From assembly GCA_029564175.1 (NCBI GenBank), contig JAKQQL010000114.1, forward strand, positions 1 through 11,349: 11,349 bases of DNA, written 5' to 3'. Numbering within the stretch: position 1 is the first letter of the stretch; each line of letters starts with the position of its first letter. This document shows positions 6,659-11,349 of the stretch, one piece after another. Under the pieces are notes generated by a model, which had not been told where the DNA came from, ran no database searches, and was given only the letters and a program-made list of their open reading frames with translations. This DNA comes from Candidatus Cloacimonadota bacterium (GTDB taxonomy: Bacteria; Cloacimonadota; Cloacimonadia; Cloacimonadales; WRIO01). Position numbers and translations under genes: made by a program.

Positions 6659-7903
6659 ATGACAAAAAGAGAGATGAAGTCCAATGCTAAAGTTTTATTT
6701 GTTCGAAACAAAGGTATATGGTTCTTCTTTTTATTACTGACAATCCTGATAATAATCAGATTGGTACAAACTGTCCCCGAAAAATTAAGCTCTAACAAGA
6801 AGAATTATAAAAGACAGAGAGAAGAATCAGTCAGTGTTAAAACAGAAAAAATAAGGATTGCAGATATTTCTGAAACGGAAGTGTTTGCCGGCACTCTGAC
6901 AGCAAAAGGCAAACAAATTGTTTCACCTAAAGTGGCAGGGCGTTTAACTCAGATAAAAGTCAATATTGGTGATAAAGTCAAAAAAGGCAGTATTGTTGCG
7001 TTGATTGATTCATACAATTATCAGCAGGTATATGATAAAACAAGAGCCGGATTGACAATTGCCAGAGCCAATTACTCACAGGCTGAAGATGCTTTTAAGA
7101 TAGCAGAAAAAGAAATGGCTCATCAAAAAGAATTATTCAATCGGGGTTTTTTATCTCAGTCAGAATTTGATCAGTCACAATCTCAATATATCAGCAGTAA
7201 ATCAAAATATGAAATCGCTAAAGCCAATATTGAAAGTGCCAGTGCTGATTTTAAGAATGCAGAAGCTGATCTGAAAGCTTGTCAAATCAAGGCAGAATGG
7301 GAAAGCTCAGAATCTTATCGTTATGTAGGCGAACTTCTAGTGGAAGAAGGCATTTGGCTGAACAAAGGACAGGATGCGCTGACATTACTGAATGTGGATA
7401 ACCTGACCGGTATTATTCATGTAACGGAAGAAAAATATCCTTTACTCCAAAAGGGAATGTCTGCAGAAGTGAGAACCGATACATGGCCTGATAGGATTTT
7501 TGAAGCAAAAGTAATTCATATCGCTCCTCAGTTACAGGAAGATTCAAGACAGGCAAGGGTAGAATTGGAAGTTTTAAATAAAGAAGGATTGTTGAAACCA
7601 GGTATGTTTTCCAGAATAACTTTAAAGTATCAGGAAAAGAAAATGGTAAACGTAATTCCAGCCAGTGCCTACTATAAACATCAGGGAGAAATGGGCGTTT
7701 TTTGTGTTAATCCTGAAGATCAAACCGTGAAGTTTATCCGTGTCGTTACCGGAATTCATAACAAAGATTTTATTGAGATACAGTCTCCTGAAATGAGTGG
7801 AGAAGTCGTAACAGTCGGGCAAGATAAGCTGAAAAATGATATACGCATAACTACTGCTGATAAGACAAAGTCCAATAAAAAAGAAAAGCGGTCAAAGAAA
7901 TGA
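6659..7903 (+). CDS. RND efflux periplasmic adaptor (membrane fusion protein, HlyD/AcrA family)
   Basis: 414 aa. Single N-terminal TM segment, lipoyl-like VSPKVAGRL..IKVNIGDKVKKG, an alpha-helical hairpin, and C-terminal NKEGLLKPGMF and VIPASA motifs. Its stop overlaps the next start (ATGA at 7900-7903). Confidence 0.92.
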   Translation: MTKREMKSNAKVLFVRNKGIWFFFLLLTILIIIRLVQTVPEKLSSNKKNYKRQREESVSVKTEKIRIADISETEVFAGTLTAKGKQIVSPKVAGRLTQIKVNIGDKVKKGSIVALIDSYNYQQVYDKTRAGLTIARANYSQAEDAFKIAEKEMAHQKELFNRGFLSQSEFDQSQSQYISSKSKYEIAKANIESASADFKNAEADLKACQIKAEWESSESYRYVGELLVEEGIWLNKGQDALTLLNVDNLTGIIHVTEEKYPLLQKGMSAEVRTDTWPDRIFEAKVIHIAPQLQEDSRQARVELEVLNKEGLLKPGMFSRITLKYQEKKMVNVIPASAYYKHQGEMGVFCVNPEDQTVKFIRVVTGIHNKDFIEIQSPEMSGEVVTVGQDKLKNDIRITTADKTKSNKKEKRSKK

Positions 7904-10900
7904 AGATAACCCAGGCTTCAGTCAATCGACCCGTATTAACCACGATGATTGTTTTAATAGTGATGATTTTAGGTTTTATTGCTTTAACGAGATTACCGAT
8001 AGACCTTATGCCGGATGTATCTTCTCCCACGATTAGCATTTCCACGAGTTATGCCAACGCCAATCCTATGGCAATGGAAGAATTGGTAACCAGAGTGATA
8101 GAAGAAGCTGTCAGTGCTGTTCCCGGGGTAGAAGAGATCAGCTCTCAGTCTTCTGAAGGCAACAGCAATGTTCAGGTTGCATTTAAATGGGGCTCAGATC
8201 TGGAAACAGCAGCAAATGATATCAGAGAAAGACTGGACAGAATTATTTCCCGCTTGCCGCAAGAAGCGAGCAGACCTTCGCTCAGGAAGTTTGATCTGGC
8301 AGCTACGCCGGTGATCAACTTGGGTGTAACCAGTAAAATGGAAGCAATAGAATTGCGCATGATGATAGATGATCAGATAAAACACCGACTGGAAAGAGTC
8401 GCCGGTGTTGCGAGTGTGGATATCAGAGGTGGGTTGGAAAAAGAAATCCATGTTAATCTCAATCTTACTAAGATTCAATCTCTCAATTTATCACCTGATC
8501 AGATCAGTCAGAAGATAAAAGCAGCCAATGTCAATATTCCCATCGGAGAAATCAATCAAGGGAACTATCAGCTGTCTGTAAGAGTCCCGGGTGTTTATGA
8601 GAATCTGGATCAACTGGCTAATACAGTGATTGCCCAAAGAAACGGAGTTAATATTTTGTTAAAGGATATTCTGAAGTAAAAAGCAGTTCCAGTAAAATAA
8701 CCCGTTATATTCGCATTAATCAGCAGTCAGGTATTCAAATATCCGTCAACAAACAATCTGGTACAAATACCGTTGAAGTTGTCAAAGGGATTCTTAAAGA
8801 AGTGGACAGGCTGAATGAAAACTTTCCAACCATTAAAGTAACGCCATTGATCGATACTTCTGTATTTATCAAAAGTTCAATTAACAATTTAGTCAGTTCT
8901 GCCTTGATAGGCGGTTTTTTAGCAATTTTGGTATTGCTGTTTTTTTTAAGAAATGTAAAGAGTACCTTAGTGATCGCCACATCAATCCCCATTTCGATCA
9001 TGGCTACATTTGGTCTTTTGTACTTTAATGGTTTTACGCTTAATTTGATGACTTTAGGGGGGATGGCGCTAGGTGTCGGCAGTTTGCTGGATAACTCCAT
9101 TGTGGTGCTGGAAAATATATTCCGGCACAGGGAAAATGGTCAGGGGCATATAGAAGCGGCTGTTAATGGAACGGAAGAAGTAACCATGCCCATTATTGCC
9201 AGTACACTGACTTCACTGGTAGTGTTTTTACCCGTTGTGTTTATGAGGGGTTTTACTGGAATTCTTTTTCAACAGTTGGCATGGGTGATCATATTTTCCA
9301 TGATTTGTGCCTTGATAACAGCGTTAACCCTCGTTCCTGTCTTGTCCAGCCGGATGCTTTCCATTGAACCTGAAGATCAGCATCTTAATATCAGTAAAAA
9401 GTCCAGATGGGACAAAAAGATTTTTAGCAAAATCAATATGATATTAAAGCAACTGGAAAATCGATATACCAATATGCTGTCTTATTCACTAACCCACCGT
9501 AAAAAAACAATTATGATTACATTGGGGGTTTTAGCCGGCAGTTTAATATTGTTTCCTTTGATTGGCAGTGAATTGATGCCACAAACTGATGAAGGTGAAA
9601 TCAGAATTAATTTTGATATGGAAGCGGGTTCAAGAATTGAGCTGATTGATGAATCTATCACAATTGCTGAGAAAAGAATAATGGACAAGATTCCGGAAGT
9701 AAAGAATATCATCACTTCTGTTGGCGGATCAGGTTGGGGGGCAAATAACTCCAATACCGGTTCCATTCGTCTGAGTCTGGTGCCAAAATCTGAAAGAAAT
9801 CAATCAGATGAAGAGATTTCCAATCAGATCAGAAGACTGGTGTCTGATTTACCAGGTGTCCGAACCAGAGTCAGAACCGCCTCCAACAATCAAATGACAA
9901 GAATGATGAGCCGTGGTTCAGGCAGAATTGAAGTACAGGTAAGAGGTTATGAACCGGATATTGCGTTGAAACTGGCAGAAGAGACACAAGAACGCATTGA
10001 AAATGTAAATGGCGTTACAGATGTCAATATCAGTACATCAACAGGTTCTCCTGAAAATTTACTGGTGATTGACCGTGTTAAGGCAGCTGATTTGGGACTT
10101 TCTGTTGAGCAGATTTCCAATATGCTGAAAACGATATTATCTGGCGTTCAGGCAGGTGAATTCAGCGAGCATGGCAAAGAATATCAGATTGTCTTACAAA
10201 TACCTGAATCTGAAAATATGGATCTGGAATCCGTGTTAAATCTTAAAATAACAAACAGTTCCGGTATTCCGGTGATGTTGAAAAATGTTGTACAAATCAA
10301 GGATAGCAAGAGCTCAACTGAAATTGAAAGGGTGAATCAGGAGAGAATCATATATGTCTCTGCCAATCTCAGTGATAGAAGTCTCAGTGCTGTGATTAAA
10401 GATATCCAAAAGGAAATCACTCAGATTAAAACGCCTTCAGGATACTCGGTGGAAGTGGCAGGTGATTTTAAAGAACAGCAGAAGGCATTCAGGGAACTAT
10501 TATTAAGTATTGTGCTTGCCTTATTATTGATTTTTGCAGTGATGGCAAGTCAGTATGAATCATATAAAGATCCGTTTATTGTGATGTTTTCTGTCCCTCT
10601 GGCTGTTGTAGGTGTGATTCTAATCCTCTTCTTGACAGGGACAACATTCAATATCCAGTCTTACATAGGTTGTATCATGCTGGGTGGTATTGTAGTTAAT
10701 AATGCGATACTGCTGGTAGATACGACAAATCTACTTCGCCGTCATGACAAAATGCCTGTCCATGAAGCGATTATTGAAGCTGGCAGAAGAAGACTAAGAC
10801 CGATTCTGATGACTGCTTTTACCACTATTCTGGGTATGTTGCCAATGGCAATTGGATTAGGTGAAGGTTCTGAAATGCAAGCGCCATTGGCAAGAGTTGT

Positions 10901-10997
10901 CGTGGGCGGCTTATTCAGTTCAACTATGATTACGCTTTTAGTAATACCGGTAGTTTATTCTTTTTTTGAAGAAAGACTGGCAAAAAAAACAAGTTAG
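7900..10997 (+). pseudogene. AcrB/AcrD/AcrF-family RND permease, frameshifted near 8670 (true pseudogene or sequence error)
   Basis: ORF 7900-8679 (SVNRPV, LPIDLMPDV, SQSSEGNS) and ORF 8802-10997 (LLDNSIVVLENI, VVNNAILLVD, RRLRPILMT, QAPLARVVVGGL) join into about 1032 aa if one base is inserted at 8670/8671. The join reads LKDI[A/S]EVKSSSSKITRYIRINQQSGIQISVNKQSGTNTVEV. Confidence 0.9.
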
Positions 10998-11095
10998 TTT
11001 TGAAGTCTGGAGAAGAACTAACACAACAACATTCTGAAAAATCATAACATTGGTCAATGAGAATCTTGAAATGATTAAAACTGATATAATTAATC

Positions 11096-11123
11096 TTGAC
11101 TGTTTTATCATTTTCATTACAAT
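11096..11123 (+). promoter_or_regulatory. sigma70-type promoter upstream of the small ORF
   Basis: TTGACT (11096-11101), 16-nt spacer, TACAAT (11118-11123). Confidence 0.5.
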
Positions 11124-11156
11124 GTACAATAATGGATTTTGATAAAAGAAGGATAT

Positions 11157-11252
11157 ATGAAAAAAATCATTTTACTCACTGGTTATGATAAGTTTTTTGG
11201 CCAGTCCAGAAGAGCCTGTGCAAATGATATTTGTATTAACATAAATATTTAA
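11157..11252 (+). CDS. 31-aa small ORF (MKKIILLTGYDKFFGQSRRACANDICININI); small protein or 5' remnant of a truncated gene
   Basis: Translated by hand. ATG at 11157 follows AAGAAGGA and a promoter-like element; TAA at 11250-11252. Too short for the supplied ORF track. Confidence 0.4.
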   Translation: MKKIILLTGYDKFFGQSRRACANDICININI

Positions 11253-11261
11253 ATAAAAAAC

Positions 11262-11289
11262 TTGACAGAATTATAGGATAACTTATTAT
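11262..11289 (+). promoter_or_regulatory. sigma70-type promoter of the next gene
   Basis: TTGACA (11262-11267), 16-nt spacer, TATTAT (11284-11289), with an A-rich UP-like tract upstream. Confidence 0.65.
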
Positions 11290-11315
11290 GGGACAATAAG
11301 TAAAGGAGGATATGT

Positions 11316-11349
11316 ATGCATTATCATAAAAGAATAGATAGACAAGAAA
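11316..11349 (+). CDS. 5' end of an unidentified gene (MHYHKRIDRQE...), truncated by the window edge
   Basis: AAGGAGGA at 11303-11310, ATG at 11316, frame open to the window end. Confidence 0.6.
   Translation, partial: MHYHKRIDRQE

Noticed and set aside
6442..6798. 118-aa minus-strand ORF
   Set aside because: It overlaps the adaptor gene antisense and the divergent promoter region, with no clear RBS or recognisable motif.
8652..8690. Programmed -1 ribosomal frameshift
   Set aside because: No slippery heptamer lies before the stop (the A-run at 8678-8682 overlaps and follows it), and no stimulatory hairpin is evident.
8802..10997. Independent 731-aa permease gene starting at GTG 8802
   Set aside because: The frame is open and RND-like upstream to about 8670, so this is the 3' part of the frameshifted gene.
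251..11129. Remaining short ORFs in the track (e.g. 251-460, 2151-2348, 2801-3023, 3262-3558, 3980-4573, 7622-8478, 8735-9100, 9482-9766, 10938-11129)
   Set aside because: They are antisense or out-of-frame shadows of well-supported genes with no recognisable motifs.

Overview
AT-rich bacterial chromosomal window, apparently from a diderm because it encodes an RND pump and a periplasmic binding protein. From left to right it holds: a TPR protein ending in a HisKA-like helix with no ATPase domain (-); a stand-alone flgB with a sigma54-type promoter (-); a divergent PHP-domain/GT4 glycosyltransferase fusion (+); a Ser-rich 104-aa hypothetical protein with good expression signals (-); an array of about 4.5 copies of a 62-bp unit, each an inverted pair of GTAG-type REP-like palindromes (not CRISPR); an orphan family-3 solute-binding protein (-); an RND adaptor and an AcrB-family permease split by an apparent 1-nt deletion near 8670 (+); an unannotated 31-aa ORF with its own promoter and RBS; and the start of the next gene. 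All calls come from reading motifs by eye; no database searches were run.
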